Shown: positions 10,963-19,622, numbered from the stretch's first letter. The stretch is DNA of 64,000 nucleotides from an uncultured Sphingomonas sp. (GCF_964250165.1 NZ_CAXUEK010000004.1:2660-66659); one strand, 5' to 3'. Notes: generated from the letters alone by a model not told the origin. Numbers and translations are program-made.

Positions 10963-11351
10963 CGCAAGTCCGTGTGGACGAAATCATCGCCCTTGTAGAG
11001 CAGGCGCGCGTTGTTCGTCCGCGCACAGGCATAGGCGAAGCAATCGCCCATGTTGAGCCGGGCAGGATGGCCGGTCCCCTTGCGATATCGGGCATGGGCC
11101 TGGACTGCCGCCGCCGCCTCCCGCGGCCCGATCGGAACGACGGAGATGCCCAGGATCGCGCAGTATCGCTCGACCTCGAACAATCCGCTCTCGATGGAGC
11201 GACCCCGGCTTACCGCGCGAGCGGTCTCCCACATGGCGAGACCGCTGATCAGGCGGGCCTGGTCGGCATCCAACGCCGTTTCCAACGCCTGCCGTTCGGG
11301 CTCATCGCCGATGATGGCGGTGAGAGCGGACGCGTCGACGAAAAGGCTCAA
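10959..11351 (-). CDS. vapC: Type II TA toxin, VapC (PIN domain)
   Basis: N-terminal FVDASAL, C-terminal LNMGDCFAYACA...LLYKGDDF; 130 aa; overlaps the antitoxin gene. Confidence 0.92.
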   Translation of the reverse strand: MSLFVDASALTAIIGDEPERQALETALDADQARLISGLAMWETARAVSRGRSIESGLFEVERYCAILGISVVPIGPREAAAAVQAHARYRKGTGHPARLNMGDCFAYACARTNNARLLYKGDDFVHTDLR

Positions 11352-11596
11352 TCGTCCTCCTCGTCACTGAGCGAATCCCAGAATGCCTTGTCGACAACGA
11401 TGCTGGGATCGTAAGTCAGGGTTGAAGTACGCCGTAATTCCTCGACAATTTCATGCACCGAGCGCTTCGGCTCGTCCCGTCCCAACTCGTTCGACAAGGC
11501 GAGCTTAACCGCTGCGGCCTTGGTCAATCCACGCCGTTCGGCCAATCTCTTCGCCATCTGAAAAGCTTCATCGTCTTTGACGTATAGAGCGCCCAT
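11348..11596 (-). CDS. vapB: Type II TA antitoxin, VapB family
   Basis: MGALYVKDDE...LA..RG.TK..AV..AL pattern, 82 aa with acidic tail, 4-nt overlap with vapC. Confidence 0.88.
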   Translation of the reverse strand: MGALYVKDDEAFQMAKRLAERRGLTKAAAVKLALSNELGRDEPKRSVHEIVEELRRTSTLTYDPSIVVDKAFWDSLSDEEDD

Positions 11597-11610
11597 GGCG
11601 TTCCTCCATC

Positions 11611-11642
11611 AGGATATCCTCGCGACTATCTCAGGATATCCC
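11611..11642. promoter_or_regulatory. Probable VapB(C) autorepression operator
   Basis: Two GGATATCC palindromes 22 bp apart (AGGATATCCT at 11611, AGGATATCCC at 11633) just upstream of vapB. Confidence 0.6.
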
Positions 11643-11647
11643 TTTGA

Positions 11648-12646
11648 TCAATCCACCCCCTCATAGGCCTCGACGATCCTTCCCACGATCGGATGGCGCA
11701 CCACGTCGCCGGCGCCGAAGCGGGCCATCGCGATGCCCTCGACGCCCTCCAGCCGCCGCGTCGCGTCCGCCAACCCCGAGGCGTTGACGCCGCCCGGCAG
11801 GTCGGTCTGGTTCGGGTCGCCGCAGATCACCATGCGGCTGTTCTGGCCGAAGCGGGTGAGGAACATCTTCATCTGCGCGGGCGTCGTGTTCTGCGCCTCG
11901 TCGAGGATGACGAAGGCGTCGGCCAGCGTGCGCCCGCGCATGAAGGCGATCGGCGCGATCTCGATTTCGCCCGACGCGATCCGCCGCTCGACCTGCTCGG
12001 CGGGCAGGCAGTCGTACAGCGCGTCGTAGAGCGGGCGGAGATAGGGATCGACCTTCTCCTTCATGTCGCCCGGCAGGAAGCCCAGCCGCTCGCCCGCCTC
12101 CACCGCCGGGCGCGACAGGATCAGCCGCTGCACCGAGCCGGTGATGAGCTGTGCCACCGCCTGCGCCACCGCGACATAGGTCTTGCCCGTGCCCGCCGGG
12201 CCGAGCGCGAAGATCATCTCGTGGCTGGTCAGCGCGCGCATGTACTGCGCCTGCGCGGGCGTGCGCGGCACGATCGTCTTCTTGCGCGTGCGGATCATCA
12301 CCGACGGCGCGTCGCCGCCGCCGTCGGCGCGGATGATGCCGTCCAGGTGCGGCTCCGCCGCCATCGCGATCGCGGCGTCCACGAGCCCGGTGTCGACCTG
12401 CTCGCCGCGGCCGATCCGGGCATGGAGATCCTGGAGCACGTCGCGCGCGAGCGCCACCTGCTCGGCCGGCCCCTCCAGCCCCACCCGGTTGCCGCGCGCG
12501 GTGATGTAGACCCCCAGTCGGTTCTCCAGCGCGACCAGATTCTGGTCATATTGCCCGAACAGCGCGACGAGCGCCTGCGGACGATCGAAGCTCAATTCCA
12601 CACGACTGCGGTCGCCGGATCGGGCGGGGACGGGCTTGCGGCTCAT
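11648..12646 (-). CDS. phoH: PhoH family protein (YbeZ-like ATPase)
   Basis: GPAGTGKT, RPAVEAGERLGFLPGD, MRGRTL, ILDEAQN; ATG at 12646 with AAGGAG RBS. Confidence 0.95.
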   Translation of the reverse strand: MSRKPVPARSGDRSRVELSFDRPQALVALFGQYDQNLVALENRLGVYITARGNRVGLEGPAEQVALARDVLQDLHARIGRGEQVDTGLVDAAIAMAAEPHLDGIIRADGGGDAPSVMIRTRKKTIVPRTPAQAQYMRALTSHEMIFALGPAGTGKTYVAVAQAVAQLITGSVQRLILSRPAVEAGERLGFLPGDMKEKVDPYLRPLYDALYDCLPAEQVERRIASGEIEIAPIAFMRGRTLADAFVILDEAQNTTPAQMKMFLTRFGQNSRMVICGDPNQTDLPGGVNASGLADATRRLEGVEGIAMARFGAGDVVRHPIVGRIVEAYEGVD

Positions 12647-12776
12647 GCGACTCCTTCGAGCGCCAAGGTGAGGCGTGACCGGCCCTTTGGCAACCGCCGC
12701 CGCGCTCGTCGCAGCCTGGTGGCAAGCGAACCCTCCGTGTGATCGCCGAGCCGGCCGCGCTGGGCCGACGGCCGCA

Positions 12777-12929
12777 CCCGACCTGCAGGTGGTGCACCCC
12801 GACTCGGCCGCCATTGATCCGGCGACCGGCCGGGACTGGGAGGGCGTCGGCACCGCGCCCGATGTGGCGGTGCCGGCCGACCGGAGGCTCGACGAGGCGC
12901 TGCGGCGCATCCGCGCGGCGCGCGCCTAG
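12777..12929 (+). pseudogene. C-terminal remnant of an S41-family peptidase-like gene
   Basis: IDPATGRDWEGVGTAPDVAVPADRRLDEAL resembles the S41 C-terminal P.TG..WEG.GV.PD..VP motif; no catalytic core or convincing start upstream. Confidence 0.6.
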
Positions 12930-13618
12930 CCGGCCAGCCAGTCCCGCAGCAGCGCCGCGACGGCGTCGGGCTGTTCGATCGGCGGCAGGTGACCGCTGCC
13001 CGAAATGACGTGGAGCCGCGCCCCGGAAATGCCATCGCGCAGTTCCTCGGCGAGCACGGGCGGGGTCAGCACGTCGCGCTCGCCGACCGCGATCAGCGTC
13101 GGCACGGCGATCGCGGCGAGATGCGGGCGCGAGTCGCTGCGGGCGATGTTGGCCGCCTGCTGGCGCGCATACGCGTCCTTGCCGACGCGGACGCCCATGG
13201 CCACGACCGCGTCCCGCACCTCGTCCGAGGCGTCGTCGGCGACCAGCTGCGGCAGCGACAGGCGCGACAGCGTCGCCATCGGCGCCTTGTCCAGCGCGGC
13301 GACGGCCGCGCGGCGCCCGGCGCTCTGCTCGGGCGTGTCGGGCCGCGCGTTGGTGTCGAACAGCGACAGGCGCACTACCCGGCCCGGCGCCTGCCGCACG
13401 ATCTCCAGCGCGACGTAGCCGCCCATCGAGATGCCCGCGAGCGCGAACGCGGGCAGCGCGCTCGCCAGCACGCGCGCCGCGATCGCGGCGATGCTGTCGT
13501 CCAGCCGCGTCTCCGCGATCTGGCAGGCGGCGACAGCGGCCAGCCGCTCGATCACCCCGCGCCACACCGCCTCGTCCGAGCCGAGACCGGGAACCAGGAT
13601 GAGCGGCGCGAGGGTCAT
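12926..13618 (-). CDS. Alpha/beta fold hydrolase
   Basis: LVPGLGSD, nucleophile elbow [23 protein letters not shown]; ATGA overlap with the miaB stop. Confidence 0.9.
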   Translation of the reverse strand: MTLAPLILVPGLGSDEAVWRGVIERLAAVAACQIAETRLDDSIAAIAARVLASALPAFALAGISMGGYVALEIVRQAPGRVVRLSLFDTNARPDTPEQSAGRRAAVAALDKAPMATLSRLSLPQLVADDASDEVRDAVVAMGVRVGKDAYARQQAANIARSDSRPHLAAIAVPTLIAVGERDVLTPPVLAEELRDGISGARLHVISGSGHLPPIEQPDAVAALLRDWLAG

Positions 13619-14931
13619 GCGGCCGCCTGGATGCGCGCCACGCCGGCGAGCGAGTTCGGCCCGGCCTCGACCAGCTCGACCGCGATCAGATCGCCGATCG
13701 GCGCCGCCGCGTCGAGATGGACCGATTGCAGCCAGGGCGATTTGCCGAGCACCTGCCCCGGCCGCTTGCCGGGCCGCTCGATCAGCACTTCGCAGATCCG
13801 GCCGACGCTGGCCCGATTGAAGGCGAGCTGATCCCGGTTGATCGCGGCCTGTAGTCGCTGGAGCCGCTCGTTCATCTCCTCCGGCGCGATCCGGCCCGGC
13901 AACGTCGCCGCCGGGGTGCCCGGACGCGGCGAATAGTTGAACGAGAAGGCCTGGGCATAGCCGACCGCGTCGACCAGCCCGAGCGTCTCGGCGAACTCGG
14001 CCTCCGTCTCGCCTGGAAAGCCGACGATGAAGTCGCCCGACAGCGCGATGTCCGGCCGCGCCGCGCGAATGCGGTCGATCAGCCGCAGGTAGCCGTCGCG
14101 CGTGTGCGAGCGGTTCATCGCCCGGAGCACCCGGTCGCTGCCGGCCTGCACGGGCAGGTGCAGGAACGGCATCAGGCCTGCCACGTCGCGGTGCGCGTCG
14201 ATCAGGCCCTGCGTCAGGTCGTTGGGATGGCTGGTCGTGTAGCGGATGCGGGCGAGACCGGGGATGCGGTCCAGCGCGCGGATCAGGTCGTGCAGGCCCT
14301 GCTCGCCATCCGCCCAGGCGTTGACGTTCTGGCCGAGCAGCGTGATCTCCTTCGCGCCGGCATCGATCAGCGCCTTGGCCTCGTCGACGATCGCCGCGAA
14401 CGGCCGGCTCACCTCCGCGCCGCGCGTGTAGGGGACGACGCAATAGGTGCAGAACTTGTCGCAGCCCTCCTGCACGGTCAGGAACGCGCTCGGCGCGACC
14501 CGGCGGCGGGCGGGCAGGCCGGCGAACTTGGCGAGCGCCGGCAGCGCGGTGTCGATCGCGGGCGCGCCCGCGGCGGCGTCGCGGACCAGCGCGGGCAGCC
14601 GGTGATAGGCCTGCGGGCCGACCACCACGTCCACCTTGGCGCGCGCGACGATCTCCTCGCCCTCCGCCTGCGCGACGCAGCCCGCCACCGCGATCATCGG
14701 CGCGGCGCGGCCCGCCAGCCGCGCGGTCTTCCGCATCCGGCCGATGTCCGAATAGACCTTCTCCGTCGCTTTCTCGCGGATGTGGCAGGTGTTGAGCACC
14801 ACCAGGTCGGCGCTGTCCGCATCGGCCGCCACCAGCCCGTCCGTCGCCATCAGCTCGCTCATCCGCTCGCCGTCATAGACGTTCATCTGACAGCCGAACG
14901 ATTTGACGTGGAAGGTCCTGGGCGCGCGCAT
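13615..14931 (-). CDS. miaB: tRNA (N6-isopentenyl adenosine(37)-C2)-methylthiotransferase MiaB
   Basis: [19 protein letters not shown], radical [24 protein letters not shown] domain. Confidence 0.97.
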   Translation of the reverse strand: MRAPRTFHVKSFGCQMNVYDGERMSELMATDGLVAADADSADLVVLNTCHIREKATEKVYSDIGRMRKTARLAGRAAPMIAVAGCVAQAEGEEIVARAKVDVVVGPQAYHRLPALVRDAAAGAPAIDTALPALAKFAGLPARRRVAPSAFLTVQEGCDKFCTYCVVPYTRGAEVSRPFAAIVDEAKALIDAGAKEITLLGQNVNAWADGEQGLHDLIRALDRIPGLARIRYTTSHPNDLTQGLIDAHRDVAGLMPFLHLPVQAGSDRVLRAMNRSHTRDGYLRLIDRIRAARPDIALSGDFIVGFPGETEAEFAETLGLVDAVGYAQAFSFNYSPRPGTPAATLPGRIAPEEMNERLQRLQAAINRDQLAFNRASVGRICEVLIERPGKRPGQVLGKSPWLQSVHLDAAAPIGDLIAVELVEAGPNSLAGVARIQAAA

Positions 14932-15076
14932 GGCGGCTCCTTTAGGCCAAGCCGCGCGGCTTCCCAACCGTCCTGCGCGCGCCTGGCCTCCCGATCGGGA
15001 TCGCGCCGAAAGCTGCCGGGCCGCTTGCGGGGGCCGCTGTGCCGTTCGCGAACGTCGCGAAGTGGTGGTGAGCCGT

Positions 15077-15115
15077 CCGTCCGCTTTCGGGTGCGCGGGG
15101 GTGTTTAGCTGCCGT
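15077..15115. repeat. Imperfect palindromic cassette-boundary element (left)
   Basis: Minus strand ACGGCAGCTAAACACCCCCGCGCACCCGAAAGCGGACGG contains the TAA stop of the 87-aa ORF; 3' half matches the element at 15685-15755. Confidence 0.55.
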
Positions 15116-15368
15116 AGGATTTGAGCTGAACCCAAATGGTCGGGACATCGTATTCTGCGGCCCATTGCTGTGCGGCTGCCAATGCGACTTTTAATGAAAC
15201 GTCGTTCTCGGCCAAGGAGCCATATCCAACCCATTCGCCGTTGGCCTTGAATGAGCCACCCGAACCAAAGAACCTTCCATCGTTAGAGGCGTCGATTGTA
15301 AGCCACCGCTGATCGTCACCTTGATCCGGCATTTTCTCGTCGGGAGACAGATAGATGATAGCTACCAT
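15105..15368 (-). CDS. Orphan hypothetical protein (87 aa) in AT-richer islet
   Basis: Protein-like composition with ATG start; AT-ending codons unlike flanking genes; no recognised motif. Confidence 0.7.
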   Translation of the reverse strand: MVAIIYLSPDEKMPDQGDDQRWLTIDASNDGRFFGSGGSFKANGEWVGYGSLAENDVSLKVALAAAQQWAAEYDVPTIWVQLKSYGS

Positions 15369-15403
15369 CAGACGATTTTGAATAGCAGGGCCAACGATTT
15401 CAA

Positions 15404-15426
15404 GTAGACCGTCACCGGCTACCGTT
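15404..15426. repeat. Short/truncated cassette-boundary hairpin (middle)
   Basis: Minus strand AACGGTAGCCGGTGACGGTCTAC folds as GTAGCCG/CGG(T)CTAC with a bulged T and contains the TGA stop of the 85-aa ORF. Confidence 0.4.
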
Positions 15427-15669
15427 CCGTCGCCGGGAGAGATGGTTGATTAGCAATCGAGTGATGATCCCAGCCGCGAGCGCGATGACGAGCGCTCCGA
15501 GGATCAGCTTCCACACGATGTCGTGATTGCACGGCGCGTCGGGTATGCAATCTCCCAAGGCGCTAACCAGCACAGCCAGCCCGAGCAGCGGTAGCCCGAC
15601 TATGGCAGCGAGTGCGCAGCCCCACCTGCCTCCGGGTGTTCCTGCCCCACGATAGCCCCTACCAGTCAT
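15412..15669 (-). CDS. Orphan small membrane protein (85 aa, two predicted TM helices, C-IPDAP-C loop)
   Basis: Two hydrophobic stretches separated by GDCIPDAPCNHD; atypical codon usage. Confidence 0.65.
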   Translation of the reverse strand: MTGRGYRGAGTPGGRWGCALAAIVGLPLLGLAVLVSALGDCIPDAPCNHDIVWKLILGALVIALAAGIITRLLINHLSRRRNGSR

Positions 15670-15684
15670 TTGAGCAGGCTGAAC

Positions 15685-15755
15685 GAGCGGCAGCTATCGG
15701 GCAAGGGCGAAGAGCGCTGGTATCTCTGGCTTTGGGCGACGGAAGACTGACGCTC
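15685..15755. repeat. Imperfect palindromic cassette-boundary element (right)
   Basis: GAGCGGCAGCT...AGACTGACGCTC inverted ends; minus-strand 3' half CCCGATAGCTGCCG matches CCCGAAAGCGGACG of the left element. Confidence 0.55.
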
Positions 15756-15761
15756 GGAGCT

Positions 15762-15989
15762 GGCGCGGGCAAGACTGGCGGCAAGGTCGCGCTCGGCCCC
15801 GTCACGCGCGAATCGGTGATCGGCGACCGCGCCTATGTGCTCGTGCCCTCCGCCTACACCTTCCAGCAGAAGGGGCGGAGGATGCGCGAGACCGGCACCA
15901 TGACCTTCGCGCTCGTAAGGCAGGCCGCGGATTGGAAGATCCAGTCGTGGACGTGGAGCAGCCCGGAGGGCGTGCCGGTCAGGAAATAG
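15762..15989 (+). pseudogene. C-terminal remnant of a SnoaL/NTF2-like (DUF4440-type) protein gene
   Basis: GDRAYVLVPSAYTF...MTFALVR....WKIQSWTW is a typical NTF2-fold C-terminal strand pattern; host-like GC3 begins right after the boundary element; 5' half absent. Confidence 0.6.
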
Positions 15990-16701
15990 CGGCCGCCTCG
16001 ATCCGCCGTCGCGCCTCGACCGCGATCGCCTTGCGGCCGGGATGGTCGGCGGGGGCGAAGGCGTCGAGGAAGCGCAGCGTCGCGACGAACGTCCCCGGCC
16101 GGCGCAGGACCCGCGCCGCATGAGACTGCCCCGGCTCGGCCCCCACCCAGGCGAGCGCGCGCGTCGCGTCGCCATAGTCGATGCGGATCGGCTGCACGCG
16201 CGCGCTCGGCGGCGGCGGGTCGAGCGCGGCGAGCAGCGCCGCCTTGAACGGCAGCAGCGCCACGCCGTCGCCGGTCGTGCCCTCGGGAAACAGCGTCACC
16301 GCCCAGCCATCGCGCAGCGCCCCACGGACCTGCTCCACCTGGGCCGCCACCCCCATCCGGTCGCCGCGCGCGACGAACAGCGTGTGGTTGAGCGTCGCCA
16401 GCCAGCCGACCAGCGGCGCCCGGCGGAGCTCGGCCTTGGCGACGAAGCAGCTTCCCGTCGCTCCGGCGATCAACAGGATATCGAGCCAGCTCAGATGGTT
16501 GGCGACGAACACCACGTCGCGCGCGAGCGGCGCCCCGACGATCCGGGCGCGCGCGCCGCTGATCCGGGCGATGCGGCCGAGCAGCCAGCGCGGCCAGGGC
16601 GAACGGCGGCGGCACAGGCGCCAAAGGCCGTGGCCGGCGAGCGCGAGGAGCAGCGCGAGCACCATCGCGGCCAGGCGGAGCGTGAAGCGGAGACGGCTCA
16701 T
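15979..16701 (-). CDS. Lysophospholipid acyltransferase family protein (PlsC/OlsA-like)
   Basis: NHLSWLD (HX4D), FVAKAE, LFPEGTT. Confidence 0.92.
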   Translation of the reverse strand: MSRLRFTLRLAAMVLALLLALAGHGLWRLCRRRSPWPRWLLGRIARISGARARIVGAPLARDVVFVANHLSWLDILLIAGATGSCFVAKAELRRAPLVGWLATLNHTLFVARGDRMGVAAQVEQVRGALRDGWAVTLFPEGTTGDGVALLPFKAALLAALDPPPPSARVQPIRIDYGDATRALAWVGAEPGQSHAARVLRRPGTFVATLRFLDAFAPADHPGRKAIAVEARRRIEAAAIS

Positions 16702-16820
16702 GCTAGCGCGACGAAACTGCCCGCCGCGGCAAAGCCGCGTCCTCGAACGGGCGCGTCGCCCCGCCGGCCGGGCGGCCGCGTCTCGCCACCAGCGGACGCT
16801 GCCGGCGTGCGCTCACCGGC

Positions 16821-17243
16821 TCAATCTTTGCGATTGAGGCTGACGCCGTAAAGCTCCATGCGGTGGTCGACCAGGCGGAAGCCCAGCTTCTCCGCGATCG
16901 CCTTTTGCAGCTGTTCCAGCTCCGGATCCACGAACTCGATCACCTTGCCGGTCTCGACGTCGATCAGATGGTCGTGGTGCGCCTCGGGCGCGGGCTCGTA
17001 GCGCGAGCGGCCGTCGCCGAAATCGTGGCGGTCGAGAATGCCCGCCTCCTCGAACAGCCGCACCGTGCGATAGACGGTGGCGATCGAGATGCCAGGATCG
17101 ACGGCGGAGGCGCGCTCATACACCTTCTCTACGTCGGGATGATCCTCCGCCTCGGACAGCACGCGCGCGATCACCCGCCGCTGCTCGGTGATCCGCAGCC
17201 CCTTCTGGTTGCACAGCGTCTCGAGGTCGATCTTGCGCGCCAC
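16821..17243 (-). CDS. fur: Fur family transcriptional regulator (Fur/Mur)
   Basis: GLRITEQRR, ISIATVYRTVRLFEE, HHDHLID..TGKVIEF; GTG start. Confidence 0.95.
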   Translation of the reverse strand: MARKIDLETLCNQKGLRITEQRRVIARVLSEAEDHPDVEKVYERASAVDPGISIATVYRTVRLFEEAGILDRHDFGDGRSRYEPAPEAHHDHLIDVETGKVIEFVDPELEQLQKAIAEKLGFRLVDHRMELYGVSLNRKD

Positions 17244-17267
17244 GATCCTGTCCTACCCCAAGCCGCT

Positions 17268-17297
17268 TATTGCGAAAAGCGATACCGACTCGCAATA
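17268..17297. promoter_or_regulatory. Inverted repeat upstream of fur (possible operator or hairpin)
   Basis: TATTGCGA-N14-TCGCAATA perfect 8-bp arms in the 63-bp rimI-fur gap. Confidence 0.4.
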
Positions 17298-17306
17298 GGA
17301 CCCGCG

Positions 17307-17780
17307 TCAGACCACCAGCGCGTAGGTATGCGCATCGTGCAGCTGGCCGCCGCGACCGCGATAATAGCCGCGCCGTTCGCCGACCTTGTGGAAGCCGCGC
17401 GCGAGATACAGCCGCACCGCCGTATTGCCGGCGCGCACCTCGAGATGGACGCGCGCGACCCCTGCGCCACGCGCATCGGCGATCACGGCGCGGAGCATCG
17501 CCTCGCCGACGCCGCGGCGGCGCCGATGGGCGGCGACCGCGATCAGCAGCAGCTCCACCTCGTCCAGCACCTGCCGCACCAGCGCGAAGCCGGCCGGCGC
17601 CTCGTCCAGATAGGCCAGGGTCAGCCGCACGCCGGGCATGGCGAGCACGCCCAGGCACTGGCCGCGCGTCCACGCCTCGCCCCAGCGCGGGTCGAACGCG
17701 TCGGCCATCAGCCGCTCCACCGTGTCGATGTCGCGCGCGCTACCGGGGCGCAGGGCGATCGCGCGGGTCACGGTCGCCAT
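17307..17780 (-). CDS. rimI: Ribosomal-protein-alanine N-acetyltransferase RimI-like
   Basis: ELLLIAV...RRRGVG, HLEVRAGN.AV.LY...GF..VG.RRGYY; directly downstream of tsaB. Confidence 0.9.
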   Translation of the reverse strand: MATVTRAIALRPGSARDIDTVERLMADAFDPRWGEAWTRGQCLGVLAMPGVRLTLAYLDEAPAGFALVRQVLDEVELLLIAVAAHRRRRGVGEAMLRAVIADARGAGVARVHLEVRAGNTAVRLYLARGFHKVGERRGYYRGRGGQLHDAHTYALVV

Positions 17781-18397
17781 CAGCCCGGCACCTTGGCGTC
17801 GGGCGCGCGGCCGTAGAGCGGGCGCGGCGGCAGCGTCGCCAGCGCGGGCGGCAGCAGCACCGCGTCGGCGGCGCGCGGCAGCGCCCCGCGCGGCGCCTGG
17901 CGGGGATCGTCCGAGTCGAGCCAGCGCAGCCCGTCGCCCACCGCCGCCGCTCCGTCCAATCGCGCCCGCGCGGCGGCGGGCGTGAGCGACTCGAGAGGCC
18001 CGAGCGCGCGGAGCGGCGAGGCGGCGAAGCGCTGCATGAACACCTCGCCATGCCCGCCCTCCAGCACGACCGCAACCGGCAAGCCGGCGTCGCCGTCCGC
18101 CAGCTGGCGCGCGGCGACCAGCGCCAGCGACGAGCAGCCCGCCACGGTGGCGCCCCAGCCCAGGCCCAGCCCGCGCGCGGCGGCGATGCCGACGCGGATG
18201 CCGGTGAAGCTGCCCGGCCCGACATCGACGAGGATGTGGCCCGCCCGCCCGCCGCCGGGCAACTCGGCGATCATCGGCACCAGTCGCTCGGCATGGCCGC
18301 GCTCGACCAGCTCGTGCCGCTCGGCGATCACCGAGCCGGCCTCGACCAGCGCGACCGAGCAGGCGGCCGTCGCGGCGTCGATGACCAGCGTGCGCAT
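17780..18397 (-). CDS. tsaB: tRNA threonylcarbamoyladenosine biosynthesis protein TsaB
   Basis: LVIDAATAACSVAL, GHAERLVPMI, VGPGSFTGIRVG, PLYGRAPDAK. Confidence 0.95.
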   Translation of the reverse strand: MRTLVIDAATAACSVALVEAGSVIAERHELVERGHAERLVPMIAELPGGGRAGHILVDVGPGSFTGIRVGIAAARGLGLGWGATVAGCSSLALVAARQLADGDAGLPVAVVLEGGHGEVFMQRFAASPLRALGPLESLTPAAARARLDGAAAVGDGLRWLDSDDPRQAPRGALPRAADAVLLPPALATLPPRPLYGRAPDAKVPG

Positions 18398-18408
18398 CCC
18401 GACCAGCG

Positions 18409-18996
18409 TCAGCCGATCCGGTTGAACTTCTCGAAGTCCGGGCGCGGCAGCCGCGGGAAGATGCTCGCCGGATCGCCGCGGCCGAGCGTCGAGATGATGA
18501 TCGAGCGGTAATTCGGCTGATCGGCGAAGAACGCCGCATCGACCGCCGCCGCATCGAAGCCGGTCATCGGCCCGGAATCGAACCCGAGCGCGCGCGCGGC
18601 CATGATGAAATAGGCTGCCTGCAGCGTCGTGTTGAGGAACGCCGCGCGCTCGCGCCCGACCGGCTCGGCGAACCATGGCCGGGCGTCGACGTGCGGGAAG
18701 AAGTCCGGCAGGTGCTCGTGGAACTCGGTGTCGTAGGCGATGATGAGCGCCGCCGGCGCCGCGCGGATGCGGGGGCCGTTATTGGCGCTGGCGGTCTGGG
18801 CGAGCCGCTCCTTGCCCTCGCCGCTCAGCAGCCACACGAAGCGGGCAGGCTGCTGGTTGGCCGATGTCGGCCCCATCTTCACGAGCGCGTAGATGGCGCG
18901 GATGTCCGCCTCGGTCACGGCCTCGTCGGTGTAGCCGTTGAAGGTGCGCGCGGTGCGGAACAGCCGGTCGAGCGCGGTGTCGTCGAGCGGCGGCAT
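18409..18996 (-). CDS. Nitroreductase family, malonic semialdehyde reductase (RutE-like)
   Basis: LFRTART, MGPTSANQQPARFV, LQAAYFIMAARALGFDSGPMTGFD, FPRLPR. Confidence 0.88.
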   Translation of the reverse strand: MPPLDDTALDRLFRTARTFNGYTDEAVTEADIRAIYALVKMGPTSANQQPARFVWLLSGEGKERLAQTASANNGPRIRAAPAALIIAYDTEFHEHLPDFFPHVDARPWFAEPVGRERAAFLNTTLQAAYFIMAARALGFDSGPMTGFDAAAVDAAFFADQPNYRSIIISTLGRGDPASIFPRLPRPDFEKFNRIG

Positions 18997-19565
18997 CAGA
19001 CCGCCCGGACCTCGCTCACCTCGGGGACGTAATAGCGCAGCAACTGCTCGATGCCCTGCTTCAACGTCGCGGAGGAGGACGGGCAGCCGGAGCAGGCGCC
19101 CTGCATCCGCAGATACACCTTGCCCTTGTCGAAGCCGCGATAGACGATGTCGCCGCCGTCATTGGCCACCGCCGGGCGCACGCGCGTGTCGATCAGGTCC
19201 CTGATCTGCGCGACGATGTCGGCATCGGCCGGATCGTCCGCGAAGGTCTCCTCGGCCGGTACGGCGAACCCGGCGACCGCCGGGCGGAACAGCGGCATTG
19301 CGGCCGAGAAATGATCGAGCAGCAGCTGCAGCACGTCCGGCTTCAGCTCGTGCCAGGCGACCCCCGGCGCGGCGGTGACGGAGACGAAGTCGCGCCCGAA
19401 GAACACGCCCGTCACGTCGCCCAGCCCGAACAGCGCCTCGGCGAGCGGCGAGGCCTCCGCCTCTTCCGGGGTGGCGAAATCGCGCGTGCCCGCCTCCATC
19501 ACGACGCGCCCCGGCAGGAACTTGAGGGTCGCCGGATTCGGCGTGGCTTCGGTCTCGATCAGCAT
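18996..19565 (-). CDS. NifU/NfuA family Fe-S carrier
   Basis: IETEATPNPATLKFLPG, VRPAVANDGGDI, GACSGCPSS. Confidence 0.93.
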   Translation of the reverse strand: MLIETEATPNPATLKFLPGRVVMEAGTRDFATPEEAEASPLAEALFGLGDVTGVFFGRDFVSVTAAPGVAWHELKPDVLQLLLDHFSAAMPLFRPAVAGFAVPAEETFADDPADADIVAQIRDLIDTRVRPAVANDGGDIVYRGFDKGKVYLRMQGACSGCPSSSATLKQGIEQLLRYYVPEVSEVRAV

Positions 19566-19622
19566 GAGCGCCATGTGGCGTGGGCGGGGGCTCGGCGCAA
19601 GCATGGCCCTGCTACCTGCTGT

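Noticed and set aside
15077-15755. Classical integron attC array or CRISPR array
   Set aside because: No RYYYAAC/GTTRRRY cores, no intI, no constant-length repeats or spacers and no cas genes
15612-15761. ORF-track start for a 125-aa plus-strand protein
   Set aside because: The first 50 codons run antisense through the islet ORF and palindrome; only the part from about 15762 looks coding
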